A DNA stretch of 64,000 bases from Octopus vulgaris (GCA_951406725.2 CATOCA020000001.1:1240001-1304000), one strand, 5' to 3'; shown: positions 1 to 13,960, numbered from the stretch's first letter. Notes: generated by a model from the sequence alone, not told the origin. A program made the numbers and translations.

Positions 1-169
1 ATGCCACTTTGTATGTATACGATGGGTTTCTTTTAGTTACCTTGAACAAATATACACGAGTTTGTTGTGCTGTAAGCCAGAGTACACGCAGTGGGACTGA
101 ATACAGTAGAAAATATTATATCACATTCATGCCAACGCCTAATCGTATGTACATATATATATATATATA

Positions 170-229
<60 letters not shown>

Positions 230-2378
230 TAGATAGATAGATAGATAGATATTTACAGGTTGCAATACGAAATTATCACCAGTACATTTTTAATTTTGCG
301 CATGCGCATTCTTTGTTTTTGACTTTGTCGACCACTCAGTATAGTATGATCAGTTGGGTACCGTCTGTGAGAAAAACAGCGCCATGGCGTAATTCAATCT
401 GCCAGAAATTTTGGAAACGACATGCTGCACTGCTTGGCATTCGCGCCGAGAAATCTAATATGAACATTTCAGAGTGTTTGGGTGTCAGTCAGAGGAATGT
501 GCAATCCAAGGACATGTACTTCGACTGATAAAAATCAAACATCCAGTCAACATCATGGTGTTTGGAGTGATCACTAATGATGGTGACATTATGCTTTCAT
601 TCACGGTTTCATACTCAATACGGTGGCCTACATCAAGTGCCTGGCGAAGGTAGTGCTTCCCTGGAGAAAAGGGGTGGCTGATGGAAGATCCTATCTCTGG
701 TAGCAGGACTGTGTACCATGCCATACAACCAGGAGAACCCAGCCATGGCTGTCAGACAAATTCTGCGACCACATCACCCCTAAAATCACGCCATCTAACT
801 CCCCAAGCTGGAACCCCTTGATTATTATGCGTGGGACGCAGTTGACTGAGAGGTCAACAAAACCCCTTGTAACATCAAAGATAAACTGAATACAAGGATT
901 TTGGCAGTATTCACCAAATTAAACAAGTTGACCGTCCAAAAGAGTTTCAAGAGATTCCGAAGCTGACCGGAAGACGTGGTTGAAGCCAATAGCGATTTTA
1001 TTGAAGACATTTACTTTCAAGATGCTTTTTCTGTTATTTTGGTAAATATACCTGTTAAAATGGGATGTCAGTTTTATTTTCATTTTTGCATAATTTAGAT
1101 GACACTATATTTACCGTACCCTGTACAAAATATATATATATATGTGAGTGTGTGTGTGTTTCTGTGTGTGTGTGTGTGTGTTTTGTGTGAGGATGCTCTT
1201 GAGTGCTACTGGTAAATCCTCCAATAGATGATACACAAGATAGCAATCCCTCCACACTATCTATCAAAAGCCGCCTTATCCACATATGGAATGAAAAACG
1301 TAAAGCCAGAAACTTTTCTTTCTGGAATACGATTAAAAACAACCACAAGGCAGAAATCTACGAACGCTGGTTAAACTCTACACCAATACTTTTGCCTCGT
1401 AAATTCGAAATTCAACGTATTCCAAAGAAGCCGACAACGGAAGTACGGTAGTAGTAATGAATAAAGATTACTACACAAATTTAATACATTCCATGTTGGA
1501 AAGTAATACTTACTATGAGAAATTAATACATAACAACCCACAGAAAACACTGAAAAACTTGCCCTCCTTACTCCAAATTCATGGAAAGGGTCTCACTAAA
1601 TTTGAAATAGACTTTTTACCCAATTTTAAATACGGTCCTAGTCTATTCTACGGATTACCCCCCCCCGAAAAAAAAATCCACACGTTTGTGAAGCCTGCAA
1701 AGTCTCTACAAGCCTATGCATTAATGTCCCTTCCTCTACTGACCTCAAAATGAGACCCATCATAGCTGGGCCTTCTTGTGAAACCCACCGTTTCAGCAAT
1801 TTCCTCGACATCTAACACAAAACGTTTTTTTAAAAATATGTGAAAAGCTTTATCAGGGATGACCTAGACATGCTGAACCACCTCCCGAATACATTAAAGG
1901 AAGGAACCATGCTGGTGTCTTTCGATGTGGTGAATCTGTACACCAATATCCCACATGAGTATGGTATAGAAGCAATCACATCCTGGCTAGAAAAATACCC
2001 AGAAGAGATCCCAGGATACATAAACCACAGATTGATAATCGAAGCACTCAAATTCGTCCTGCTGAAAAACTATTTCATGTTCGATACAACTTACTATCGC
2101 AAAAAATGTGGAATTGCAATGGGAACCTGAGCTGCTCCAGTGATTGCAAACCTTGTAATGGGTTACCTAGAACTGAAGTTATACCAATCATCACTAGAAA
2201 ATTATGGCGCCTCTTTTAATTGCTATTTAAAGGAGAATTGGAAGAGGTATTTGGATGATTGCTTCATACTTTGGAAAGGCAGCATGGACAAACTCCTTGA
2301 TTTGAACGTAATGCTTAACAACATACATAGCAATATACAATTCACTATGGAACACAACAGTAAACAACTCCCTTTTCT
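1..2378 (+). repeat. Segmental duplication copy A (mariner 3' end + SINE remnant + Tc1-like remnant + Penelope-like 5' part); paralogue at 61819-64000
   Basis: ATGCCACTTTGTATGTATACGATGGG at 1 recurs at 61819. The colinear match continues through all element junctions to the window end, and the ORF track shows matching peptides (9..236 vs 61827..62075; 485..724 vs 62216..62455). Confidence 0.95.
256..1123 (+). mobile_element. Degenerate, internally deleted Tc1/mariner-superfamily DNA transposon
   Basis: TA-flanked ends CAGGTTGC...TACCCTG. Broken frames give KHPVNIMVFGVIT, a W.QD.(A)PCHT-like stretch and NSP.WNPLDYYAW (the WPPNSPDLNP-type DDD/E motif). Confidence 0.8.
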
Positions 2379-3600
2379 AGAGATCTTAATTAAAATAGTT
2401 AACCACAACATAGAAACAGATATCTTTTATAAATCCACAGATTCTAAACAATACCTATTGTTTGACACCCCAAACACATAAAAATTAATACAACTTTTAA
2501 TCTGGCGAAAAGAATCTGTACCATAGTTTCGGATACATATATTCTTGAACAAAGACTTCTTGAACTTAGATCAACACTAACTAAAAGACAGTACCCAATC
2601 TCATTAATAAATGATGGCATTAGAAGAGATCAGGAAATAGATATACAAATATTAAGGCAAGCCAGCCGAAATTCTAAACCAGACTTAAAAATACTCCCGT
2701 ACATTTCCACACATAACCCTAGAAACATCGAAGCCTTCAACATTATCACCCAAAATCTTCTCATCCTCACAGGAGACAAAACAACGAACGAAATTTTAAG
2801 CTCATACAAAATTTATAAAAAGCAAACTACAACCCAAGTCACTGAAAAAATATTAACCAGCGTAAGACTATATCCACTAACAACAGAGCCAAAAGTGAAA
2901 AGATGTGGTCGTCTCAACTGTGGAACATACCCCAACGTTTTGGATGGTTCATAATTCCTCTTCAAACAGGGTGAAATATTTAAGATCAAATCAAATTTCA
3001 CCGGACACTCTGAAAATCTAATCTATACCATGACTTGCTTAGGATGTGGTAAGCACTATATTGGACAAACAGGAATATCCCTCCGTCGAAGAACCACCAT
3101 GCAAAAGGAAGAAATTCTCCACCCACAATACAGACAGTGACAGCTTAGTGAACACATTGAAAGGTGTGCTAGGATTCCTAATCCTAATTTCCAAATTTTC
3201 CACTTCTATCAATGTTCACAGAACACCTCATTTGCAACAAAGGTTGAATAAAGAGACAATTTCCATCAATAAATATATTCCCCAACTGAATATAAACACA
3301 CAACTTAATACAGAACACTACTATCCCTTCAATTAACACCATAAACACCAATACATTCCTTACACCATTCACATTAAAATTCTATATCTAACCTTACAGC
3401 ACAAAATCCAGAACTACTTACCTCCCTTACAAATAATCTTTTTATTCAGGCACTATTAGACCTAACACCGTTCATTAGCCGGCGTTCATTCAAAGCAATG
3501 AATGGCTTATGACGAAAGCATGGTATGCTTTCTGACTCTTTAATCATCTCATAATAATGACTTTTATGACTCTTATTACTACCTCAGTCCATCTAAACGT
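1215..3600 (+). mobile_element. Penelope-like element (RT + GIY-YIG endonuclease), pseudogenised
   Basis: Frames contain LVSFDVVNLYTNIP, GIAMGT, RYLDDCF and LPFLEILI, followed by NLIYTMTCLGCGKHYIGQTG (GIY-YIG) near 3017-3075. Stops and frameshifts are present. Confidence 0.92.
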
Positions 3601-3733
3601 ATATATATGTCGTTACCTTTCATAAAAAACTTTTTCTTGTTTTATTTACAATGTGCATTTTCGTTGATTTTTCATATTTTCCCCTTACATTTACACGTGT
3701 ATTTCCTAATTTCTTCTTGTAACATACTTCTAC

Positions 3734-3776
<43 letters not shown>

Positions 3777-4302
3777 GTACATACATACAGACATACATAC
3801 ATGCATTGCATACATACTACATACATGTATACATGCATACATACATACTTACATATATACATACATACATATATACACATGTATTTTCTATTTTCTTCTT
3901 GTAACATATTTCTAATATATATATCTATCTATATATATATATATATAACATATTTCTCCAAATATATATATATATATGTATATATATACACTCATACATA
4001 CATATATACATACATATATACAAACACACATACATACAGAAATGCATACGCTATATATACCCTACATAAATACGGGTGCATGTGGTCTTTTATGTGTTTT
4101 TAGATCTACGAGCCTCTGAAACTTTTCGTCCTGTAGTAAAACGAATTTGATATCCGAAATCCGATTCCCAAGGTAAACATCGTCCATAAAATATAATAAA
4201 TATCATAATCCTCCACGTGAAATAACCCAACTTTGAGATCTCAACCTCCCACTCTATATCTTTCACTACCCATGTATCTTATATTTGCCATACTATTTGA
4301 TG

Positions 4303-4357
<55 letters not shown>

Positions 4358-4822
4358 AATTAAAAATCAATCATTGCTTTCATTTTGTTTAAAATCTCTC
4401 CTACTTCTGTTTTATGATACAAGTGTTCAAACACAAACAGCTTAGCTTCCAAATCTTGTTTTCTGATTGGGTAAAAATGATAAAACTTTGAACCTCTGAT
4501 GTGTTTTCTAAACTTTGTTTCGAATAAATCAAAAATTTCCAAATTTCCACATACTTTTCAAATTTCAAATTCTGTGACACAAAGCGAAAAGTTCGCTCTC
4601 TAATTGCTTATTTCTTTCCTTTTCTCATAGTAAACCTTCCCACACTTTATGAAAGTATACCGCTCTGACTATCGTGTTCCCAATGTGTGTCGTGTTCCTA
4701 ATATATATATAGGTGTGTCTGTGTGTGTGCCATTGTGTCTGCGTGTGTGGATGTAAGAATGTGTTCGTATTTTTGTGCGTTATTGTGTGTATACGTATGT
4801 GCAGAAGAATTATACGCATAAA

Positions 4823-4873
<51 letters not shown>

Positions 4874-5372
4874 GCATACGTATACCCATGCATACCAGTA
4901 TATATCATATATACACACTCACACACATACACTCACACATACATATATATATAGAGAATATTATCTTCCAATTATTCAAGTCATTAATCAGCAACCATCC
5001 TGGCAACCCTCCTAGAAAATATTTTATTCGAATATATTTTCCACGGTATTTAAATTTTGAAAGTCTGTTACTTATTATATCGGTTTCTTTTTGAGGAACT
5101 GTTAAGTTACGGGGATGGAATATCTACAGAGACTAATACAACCACTATAATCAAAGCTCTCACACACACATACACCCATGTATATATGTATATACATAAG
5201 ACAGGCCTCTTTCAGTTTCTGACAACAAAATCTACTCACGACACGAGGATATGGAATTGGACATTTGGTGAAGGCAGCTCGTATTAACAATGACCCCTAC
5301 ACCATGTGGTTGGAAATCAAGCTTCTTATTACACAGACACGCCATTGACTTTATACACACATACACTTATAT

Positions 5373-5423
<51 letters not shown>

Positions 5424-5426
5424 ATA

Positions 5427-5567
5427 TAAAGCAGCAGAAAATTCAACAAAACCTGTTACTCTGAGTTTCCCGTTGCTGTTCATCGGACAGTTTTTGCTAG
5501 ACACTGTCTGATGAACGGCAACGGGAAGCTCAGAGTAACAGGTTTTGTTGAATTTTCTGCTGCTTTA
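5427..5567. repeat. Fold-back inverted repeat (65-bp arms, 11-nt loop); each arm carries a minimal hammerhead-like motif
   Basis: 5427-5491 is the reverse complement of 5503-5567 with 3 mismatches. The plus arm reads CTGT-CTGATGA-ACGGCAACGG-GAAG-CTCAGAG-TA-ACAG; the minus arm has CCGATGA and GAAA. Confidence 0.9.
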
Positions 5568-5643
5568 AATAAAGCATATTACTCTACCAATGGTATTTGA
5601 GTACTCTTTTTTCCACCTTGTTTCACATTAATGTGTTTACTCC

Positions 5644-5732
<89 letters not shown>

Positions 5733-6584
5733 ATATGTATGTATCGTACGCTCAAGTGGTCACACCTGTTTTATCCTGTTTTAAACACCTACATATTGGA
5801 CTCACTACTGCCTGAACTTTCTGCACCTCTCCGATTCTACATATCTGCACTCTACCCGATTGCCACTGGATATAATTATGGATCTCACGGGACACATCTG
5901 TTAATGAAAAGTCCCTCCAATACACTACAACTTTTAATCCTTTTTCAACTTCTGTGATTTCCTCATTTTCTTTACTTTTGAAGATCGTAGGGCCGAAACA
6001 TAAAGCCCTTTCTCACTTTTCGGAATGTCAAACTAATACACACCTTGTTCATATATCTGTGTTCGTCTTTTGTTTTTCTGCAAATTTCAACTATGTATAT
6101 ATATATATATATGTCTATAGATAGATATATATATATATAAATACAGTGTACATTTAAACACATAAGAGGTATCCGTCATAGGATTCATTGCACGCTAGAA
6201 GGAACAGCTAAAATCCAAACTGCTATTAGGGATAATCATCGAAGGGAATGAAAATTATAAAACATTTACCTCTGTCTCCTAGACAACGGATTGAGACATT
6301 TTTTTAGCAAATATACTTATATGCTAGGCGAAGTCTTCACCAGCAGGTACGCCTATATTAAAACATATAAGCATGAGGCAATCCAACATTGCCTCTTATG
6401 TGATACCTCTTATGTGTTTAATTATGTTTAAATGTGTTTAAACACATACGACGAATACCTCTTATGAGTTTGAATGTACACTGCATTTATATGATTAATA
6501 TATAGGCTATTGACAATATTTTTACACATTAGGCCACTGGTAGTACAGATTCTAAGCTTTTTTATTACCCTGTTATTCTTAATT

Positions 6585-6701
<117 letters not shown>

Positions 6702-6702
6702 C

Positions 6703-7915
6703 ATGTTTCTTTACAAGCCACAAAGAGCTGCACACAGACGGGAAAGATTACAATGTAGAGCTTTTCTTTTTTTAGGAAATAAAAGGTGGGGTAGGTATTC
6801 GATAAAAAGAGATCGTAAAAGGGAAAGAAGAAGTTGAAAAAAGGAAAAGAAACAAAAGAAAAAAACGAGTAGTGATCGTGTATCACAGTGTCATGATGTA
6901 TGGTGTAAAGGGGGAAGCAGATAAGGTTTAACCGTGGGAAGAAAAGCCCACGGAAAGACCACGGTAACCTCGGTCAATATTGTTACATGTTACCACATTT
7001 GTTTACAAGTAACCCTCTGTTTTAAATTTCCGGTTTCATAGGATTATGCTCAAGCTGGCTTCGTCATTCATTCGTGCCATCCTTGCTACATTCACCCATC
7101 TTTTTTAAAACATTCGCTAGACAAAACGTGCCTCTCTACTCTCACTTCCTTTTCAAGTGATACTTGAAAATGTTGATGAGAGATTGACCAGAGAGGAAAG
7201 TGTTTGTCTCTAATCCTTTCAGACGAGTCCACCAGATACATTCTTTCGCCATATGATGAAAATAGCTCTTCCTTCCTGTTTGAAGGACGGAGTCGTGACA
7301 ATATTGACAATTGACTCGGCTGTTAAACCGACTCGTCCCACACGGGACAGCAGTTGTTCGACATAAGCCCACAGGTCGGTAATGGTTGGAAACTGCACGA
7401 AAGCGAGCAAAACGGTATCGTTGCTCTGACCCCATCTCGGGCCGGTCGGCCCCGTGTTCCTCGAGCCGTGTCTATAGAGCTTATCCTGAAGAGGTAGCGC
7501 TTCTCGGTAGCACTGCCAGGCCAAATTTCTCTGGATGTTGTCAATGGGCCCTGGCCCGAAAGTCGTCCTGAACATGCGGATCAGGTATTCCTCGTCAAAG
7601 TCCAGGTTGGCCCCGAGCTCGTCGTCGTACCTCACCTCCACTAATCCCCTATAGAATGCTTGGGTTGTGTTGAAGTCCCTCATGTTCGATCCGGGACGGC
7701 AGAGTTGCTTGAGAGCAACGTGACACGCGCGGTGCCATTCGCCCTTCCTCGGCCTCTTTTTGATCCACGACTACATCTGTTCACCGTCGTCTACGTAGAG
7801 CCTGAGATATATCAGTCTCAGCGCGTGTCTGCGCATCATCGTCCATCGTCCATGGTGGAGAAAGTGTCAGCAGAGGTTCACCATTACCTTTGGCTGGAGC
7901 CACGTTGAGCTGAGA
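6703..7915 (-). mobile_element. 5'-truncated L1/Tx1-type LINE (ORF2 C-terminus and 3' UTR)
   Basis: ORF 7219..7683 has LAWQCYREALPLQDKL (zf-RVT region) and is homologous to 17560..18234. The 3' end abuts the (GATA)n tract. Confidence 0.85.
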
Positions 7916-7917
7916 TG

Positions 7918-8040
7918 TTCAGCTCATAAACAAACATCTCATAATCTGAGATTCGAAACCGCGATCCCTCGAGCGCGAGACTGCTGCTCTAACCACTAGA
8001 ACTTGTGCCTCTCTCTCTCTATATATATGCTCGTGTGCCT

Positions 8041-8042
<2 letters not shown>
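7918..8042 (-). mobile_element. tRNA-derived SINE head fragment
   Basis: Minus strand shows A-box-like CTAGTGGTTAGAGC and B-box-like GGTTTCGAATCT. Confidence 0.65.
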
Positions 8043-8094
<52 letters not shown>

Positions 8095-8215
8095 CTCGTG
8101 TTTTCCGTGTTGAAATTAAACCCACCTCTGGCCTTGTATTGAAATCTTCTATATTCCCTCTACCAACTGTTACCAATTAAGATGTTATATCTGATTCGGC
8201 AGGGATTTTATCCGC

Positions 8216-9201
8216 TTAACGCTTTCGACATATTCCTCCATACCGGACCGTCTGAAATCGCAGTGAAACGTTTGGGTGTACTTCGACACATTGAGAGTGA
8301 TGTCTGTTTATTTCTTTCCACTTAATGTCTCTCTCGGTACAAAATTGATCAGCGTGTCCGCTCTCAGCAAAATCCGAAGAAAAGTGGTAAGGTTATGTCA
8401 TAAAATAGAATCCATTTGACCATTTACATGAAAATATTCCATTGCCATTTAAATCTCAATACATCTTATAAATAATCGACGTTTCATATGCCGAAGTGCT
8501 TAATTTTACTCACTGTTCAATTTTCTTCAAAATCAGTTCATTATTTTATTGTGAATGATTTTGACGATTGCTGCCTTTCATCATTTTAATTTTAATTCTA
8601 CTTCATGACTCCGGCCATAAATTTTACCTAAAAGTCAAAGTTTATCAAAATCGGATGAATTGTGTAAAAGTTACAGCATAATATACTAATCCTATGGGTA
8701 ACTGCATACAAAAAGCCTATTGATATTTTAAAAATCTCTCTCTCACACGCAGTTATCGATTTTTGTCAACTCTTAATGCTGATATCAACTAATGGACATG
8801 AACTGTAATCACGTGTAAAATTCCTACAAAATCGTTAAGAATGTCTGTAAAGAAATGCTTATGTACATTTGTACCCTTTTCAAGCTCTTTTGAATTAAAT
8901 ACATACATTTTCCATATCCCCCACCAACCATTTACCTACACTTCATATTTCATTAAAATCGGATGAAAAATATGTAATTTACGGCCAAAAATAAAACCCC
9001 TATGGGTATTTGGACGCAAAACGTCTATTGATTTTATAAAACCACTGCTCCGGCGCAATTACCATTTTTTTTCTCAACGTCATATACTGAAATCAACTCA
9101 CTGCCATGAGCCTTGCTCACTCATCGATTTTCATTAAAATTGGACAAAAAATGCAAAAGCTGCTGGGAAAATAACATCGTTAAAGGAATATGAGAGGTTA
9201 A
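8216..9201. mobile_element. piggyBac-like non-autonomous element with internal ~310-bp diverged direct repeats
   Basis: TTAA at both ends (8216-8219, 9198-9201) and imperfect TIRs (CGCTTTCGACATATTCC / GGAATATGAGAGG). AAAATCGGATGAA...CCTATGGGTA blocks repeat near 8647 and 8956. Confidence 0.55.
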
Positions 9202-9478
9202 TGAACACAATTTTAAAATGTCGCCATTGTTTTCAAATTACGTTTCACATTTTGTTTGAAAAAAAGTGTGGATTATAATGGTGATCACCGATTTCCAAAA
9301 TTTTTCATTCAAAACTTTTGTTAATGCGTCGTTCAAAAGCATTGGCCAAAATCGGTACCGATTGGGATTGGGGATTTGAAAACAATGAAAACACATTCAA
9401 ACAATTTTTAAAGAGCTTCCTGCCATCATTTCGAACGTTGAGGTGAAAAAAAATTTGAAAATCATCATCAGAACGAGT

Positions 9479-9513
9479 GCAGGAGTGGCTGTGTGGTAAG
9501 TAGCTTGCTTACC
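9479..9513 (+). mobile_element. 5' part of a tRNA-derived SINE, split by a 3.4-kb insertion
   Basis: GGAGTGGCTGTGTGGTAAGTAGCTTGCTTACC continues at 12913. The unsplit head of the same family is seen at 31015-31090. Confidence 0.85.
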
Positions 9514-11528
9514 TCATTGAGAATGTGCGAAGCTGTAAAGACGTGTTTTTGAAGCCGTCTTAAATTGAATATTTTTGAAACTCAGCTGTAAGGTAAGACA
9601 TCTTTGGGGGGTCTAGTGGGGGCCTGTTGCCCGCCACAATTATTGTTTACAAACAAGAAGTCCTCACTGGATTCTAGTCTACCTGTAGCTGAGTGAATAT
9701 TTTTTCACTTAACTGTGAAAATTATTGTTTTTGTGGGCGTATCCTACCGCAAAATTTTGTTTGAGAATCGTGTTTGTCCAGGAATAACTCTGCGAATTTT
9801 TAGAAAAAATTTCAACAATATTGTTCCTGTTAAGGATTACCTATCAGAAGAAAATTGGAATGATTTGCGTTAAAATTTTGACCTGGAGTACCGAGTGGCC
9901 TTTGCAGTGTTTTGAACTGCTGCTCTCTCTTCACCCCTCTTTTATTTAAAAAACGACTCTTTATTAATTTTTTCTTTTTTGTTTGAACTTTTTTCTCTTC
10001 CTTCTTTTTCCTTAATTATTTTGTATTTTATGAGGTGTTTTTTGGACTTTTTAAAAAAGAAACATGGCAAAGAACAATGGAAATTTGGTGGAGTGGGAAT
10101 TTATACCACCCAAAAGATGATTAAAAGAACTTGAAAGTAAGACGGTGGTTTTGAGGACCTACTCTAGGATCCTCGACGCCATTGCCAATTTCAAAAAATA
10201 TAATCGAAAGAGAGATGGCAGAATTTCAGCCAGCTATTAAGTTTATCACTCGGAGGGTCAAATATGCAACCGTGTGGTTGCTGTTTGACTCCCCAGAAAT
10301 GGATTGGAAATTTGCGAGCCAGCTCCTGGAAGGCAAGGACATTTTGTTTCTTCCCGCTTATTGTGGGAAGAAGTTGACGAGGGCTTGGGTTTGCGGCTTT
10401 CCACCCGGTGCTGAGCCCGAGTGGATAGGAGATACTATCCGCCGGGGTCTTCGTGGCGCTAGCACCAAGCTCTTCAATGTAAATATTCTGCCTGCGGCTG
10501 ACTGGGAGATGTCAAATGCCGTTTTGACCCTCTAGATCCAGTCAGCCGAAAGTCTGGTATTTCCAGACTTTTTAAGAATGGGCGGGTCGAAGAATCCGGT
10601 GATGCTTGAAGGAGCCCCCCCCCCCCCCCAAGTGTCATCGGTGCCTGGAGCCTGGCCATATAAAAAAGAACTGTCCTCAACGGCAAAGCAAAGTCCTGGA
10701 GCGGTTGACGGAGACCTCTGTAGAAGAAGGAATGAAGGCGGCCGAGGAGACAGAGGATGCCTGAAAGAAGAGCCGCAAAAGGAAGAAGGTGAGTAATAAT
10801 TGCTGCTCACCGAAGGATTCTGGGAATGAGGGAAGGGAAGCACATGTCCTGGTCACGGAGGGGATGTACCCTCCCACAGTCAAAAGGAAAAAGAGGAAGA
10901 GGAGAAACGGGATATTGCTGACAATCGGAGCCATGGAGCATCATCGGTGGGTGGAGTGGGGGGGTCGTGCCACTGGTGGGGGTTGGCTTAGACACAATTG
11001 GTAAGAAGTGTGCCGCCAACGGTAGAATTGATTACCTCGGACCCGGAGGAGGAAGAACTGCTGGTCTTCTGTTATAGAGGGGGAGTGGTGGAAAAGGTAA
11101 TAGAAGAACACTACAAGGGTTTACCTTTGGCCTTCGCACGGTAACCCGAATGACCTCCGCAGATAGCTGTGGAGTTCATAACGTGGCGCATGTTACATAG
11201 GCTGGGGGGACTAAAAGAGGAATATCGCTCGTGGCCGGGTGACGCCAACTCGGAGCATACCTTGATTTTGAAGCAAGCATGGGCGATGGTGGAGTACACG
11301 TGCACAAGCGATGATGAGGATTGACAAGTGGTTGAAAAGCCTCAGTGTTATAATGTGTAAGAAGCTCAGTGCCTCATTTGTAAATGGACTAGTGTTGATT
11401 GTATAGTGAATATTTTATTGTATATAATTGTATGTTATTATTTGTTATGGACTATTAAGTCCAATAATTGTAAAAACTGTAGTGAGAGGTTCAATACCTC
11501 GTTATTTTTCTGTTGGGAAAAAAAGAAG
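9514..11528 (+). mobile_element. L1/Tx1-type ORF1-only element (HAL1-like), degraded
   Basis: About 550-bp leader, then a broken ORF from ~10064 with an RRM-like YATV...LPAYCGKKLTRAWVCGFPP segment and a CCHC knuckle CHRCLEPGHIKKNC (~10632-10673). A short 3' UTR and A-rich end follow, with no APE/RT. Confidence 0.7.
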
Positions 11529-11529
11529 A

Positions 11530-12912
11530 ATGTTTTAGAGAACCAGAACCAGATAAAGTCACGTGTTCTTGTTATCTTATTCCGATTGATAGGTTTATCC
11601 GAGTATATTAAGGGTTTTGGAAGGGCATACGGGTGTTGATATCGGCAGGCAGAAACAGGGTTAGTGTCAAGGGTCACCGAGTGGGGAGATTGTTTGTTAG
11701 ATCATATACTACTTTAAAATTTGGGAGAGTAGTAGTACGATGGGTTATGCGTGATATTTTTCGTTTCATCTGGAGGAAGGGTGTATCCTTGGTTCCGTGT
11801 TTAGTGATGGGAGGCTTGTCCCACATGGATATATTCGATCAAATTCGTATGATCGTCGCGTTGTAGAGCGCAATTATAATATTCAGCGTATTGTTCGAAT
11901 ATTTCCTTACTGGCGGACGGTGATGAAATCCGTTTTGATACGATATCTACGATAGAGTTTAGGACAACTGGCGTTGTGGATGGAGGAAAAGTTGACGTAG
12001 TTGAGGTTCTCCTCAAGTTCATGACATGAGTAGAAAATTTGGCTTTGTAGATCTAGGGTGACATCTAGGAAATTAGAAGTTTTAAGGCTGCTACGAAAAG
12101 TGATGCAGAGGCCCACCTTTTTCAAAAGATATCTTAGTATTTTTCTAATCTGTTCGATTCGGCGGTTGCGAGAATCCCGAATGTCTCTATTGGCCCAGAA
12201 TTACCCAGTTTTATCTTATGTCGACGGGCGGCCAAGTTGATATCAATATCGTCACAAGAGAGGTTAGATCGTATCATTGCAAAAATGAGGACTTTGTTGA
12301 GAAGGATAGGGGATACACTAGAGTAATTTGGTCTATGTCGATCTGGATGAATTTAAAAGTATGTTTAGGGCTTTAGGAATTAAACCACTGGACGGCTTGA
12401 GTAATTTCAGTCCATAGGTGTAGTGTGTACGTTGGATGCAGTTGGGGGTATAATCCTGTCTGATGAAATCTTGCTAATCTTACCTATATCTGAACTGAAG
12501 GGGCAAATGAGGCGAACGGAAGGGTTCTCGGCAAATTTTATTTTATGGTCTTCTACGTTAATATGAAGTGAGCGAGTTAAGGAACGTCCGGTCCTATCTT
12601 CTAATGCGCGTTTAAAAACGAGATCACGATTCTTGATGTAAATGTCTGTTAGAACGGAGACTGGTACAATACGGTATCATTTATGTAGTTATTTGTGTAT
12701 TAGCTCTCCGTATTTATCTTGAGGAGCATTATAAAGTTGCCGGGTTTGACGGCTTGGAAGAGAATTTCAGAGTATTTTTGAAGACTCTTGAGGATATTAT
12801 TGATTTTAGTTAGGTGGGGTTTGATTGTTATTTTTCTAGGTTGAAAATTGATGTTCTAAATCAGATTGGTAAGATGTTGCTCGAAATTATCTAGGTCACG
12901 CTTAGGAGGTGC
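11530..12912 (-). mobile_element. Penelope-like RT fragment (second family)
   Basis: Minus frames give FAENPSVRLICP and NFLDVTLDL...YVNFSS, plus KRISSPSASKEIF..YAEYYNCAL. A related fragment lies at ~25985-26186. Confidence 0.75.
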
Positions 12913-13046
12913 CTTGTTTACCAACCACCTGGTTCCGGGTTCAGTCCCACTGCGTGCCACCTTGGGCAAGTGTCTTCTACTATAGCCTCGGGCCGAGCAA
13001 AGCCTTGTGAGTGGATTTGGTAGACGGAAACTGAAAGAAGCCCTTC

Positions 13047-13088
<42 letters not shown>

Positions 13089-13312
13089 GCGTTTGTGTTT
13101 GTGTGTCTGTGTTTGTCCCCCTAGCATTGCTTGACAACCGATGCTGGTGTTTTTATGTCCCCGTAACCTAGCGGTTCGGCAAAAGAAACCGTTAGAATAA
13201 GTACTGGGCTTACAAAAGAATAAGTCCCGGGGTCGAGTTGCTCGATCAAAGGCGGTGCTCCAGCATGGCCGCAGTCAAATGACTGAAACAAGTAAAAGAG
13301 TAAAAGAGAAAA
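12913..13312 (+). mobile_element. Body and 3' tail of the split tRNA-derived SINE
   Basis: B-box-like GGTTCAGTCCC, internal (TA)n, central AGAATAAGTAC...GGGGTCGA block, and tail GGCGGTGCTCCAGCATGGCC...(TAAAAGAG)n. Confidence 0.85.
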
Positions 13313-13960
13313 GGGTATAACAAAAGAGGCGTTGTATTTCCATGCAGAAAAGTATATAAGAAAGTTTTTTGTTGAAAATGCCCCTAAATTTGAAAAAACG
13401 TAATTGTTTTTAAATAAATATATTTATATAAAATGGCGGCGCCCCAGCATGGCCACAGCTCGTGAGCTGAAACTAGATAATATAAAATAAAACAAATAAA
13501 AACAATATACCTACCAAACTAGTTTCAACAATATTTTTTGTTTATCAATGGTAAAAATTTAAAATTATGAATTAGAAAAACATGTTTTTATGTTTATAAG
13601 TTTCGGTAAAATGAAGTATGATTTTAAATGTTCATACATTTCAATAATATATAAAAAATGTGGATCATTTTGCTGAAATGCACAACATTCAATAGTGTTA
13701 GTAGTGATCGATAAGAAATGCGGATCATCAAAGTTTCGGCCATACTGAGTTAAGAGTGAGAAAAACAAGGGAGAAATGAAGATAGTGAAAAAAGGGTTTT
13801 TGTTTACAGATTCTCTTACCGACATGTGCAAGATCTTTTGCTTGTAAAGGCGTTTTTTGGAATCCGGTGTATTTACGATTTTTTCCGTGAACGGATCTGA
13901 TATTTGTTGATGTCTTATTTTTCTGGTGGTCAAGATTTTCATTCTGCCTGGTTCGCTTAC

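Noticed and set aside
3607-4103. YI/HT-rich ORFs (also near 5600, 27270, 28000, 40600 and 60000)
   Set aside because: Translations of (TA)n/(CA)n microsatellites.
7940-8010. tRNA gene
   Set aside because: A/B boxes are present but no convincing cloverleaf; it is a SINE head.
8135-8175. Possible second exon for the 13961 candidate (AG...GAG|GTGGGT on the minus strand)
   Set aside because: Weak acceptor, and a phase-0 join gives an in-frame stop.
13430-13441. YY1-like motif AAAATGGCGGC
   Set aside because: It is the start of a LINE/SINE 3' tail fragment.
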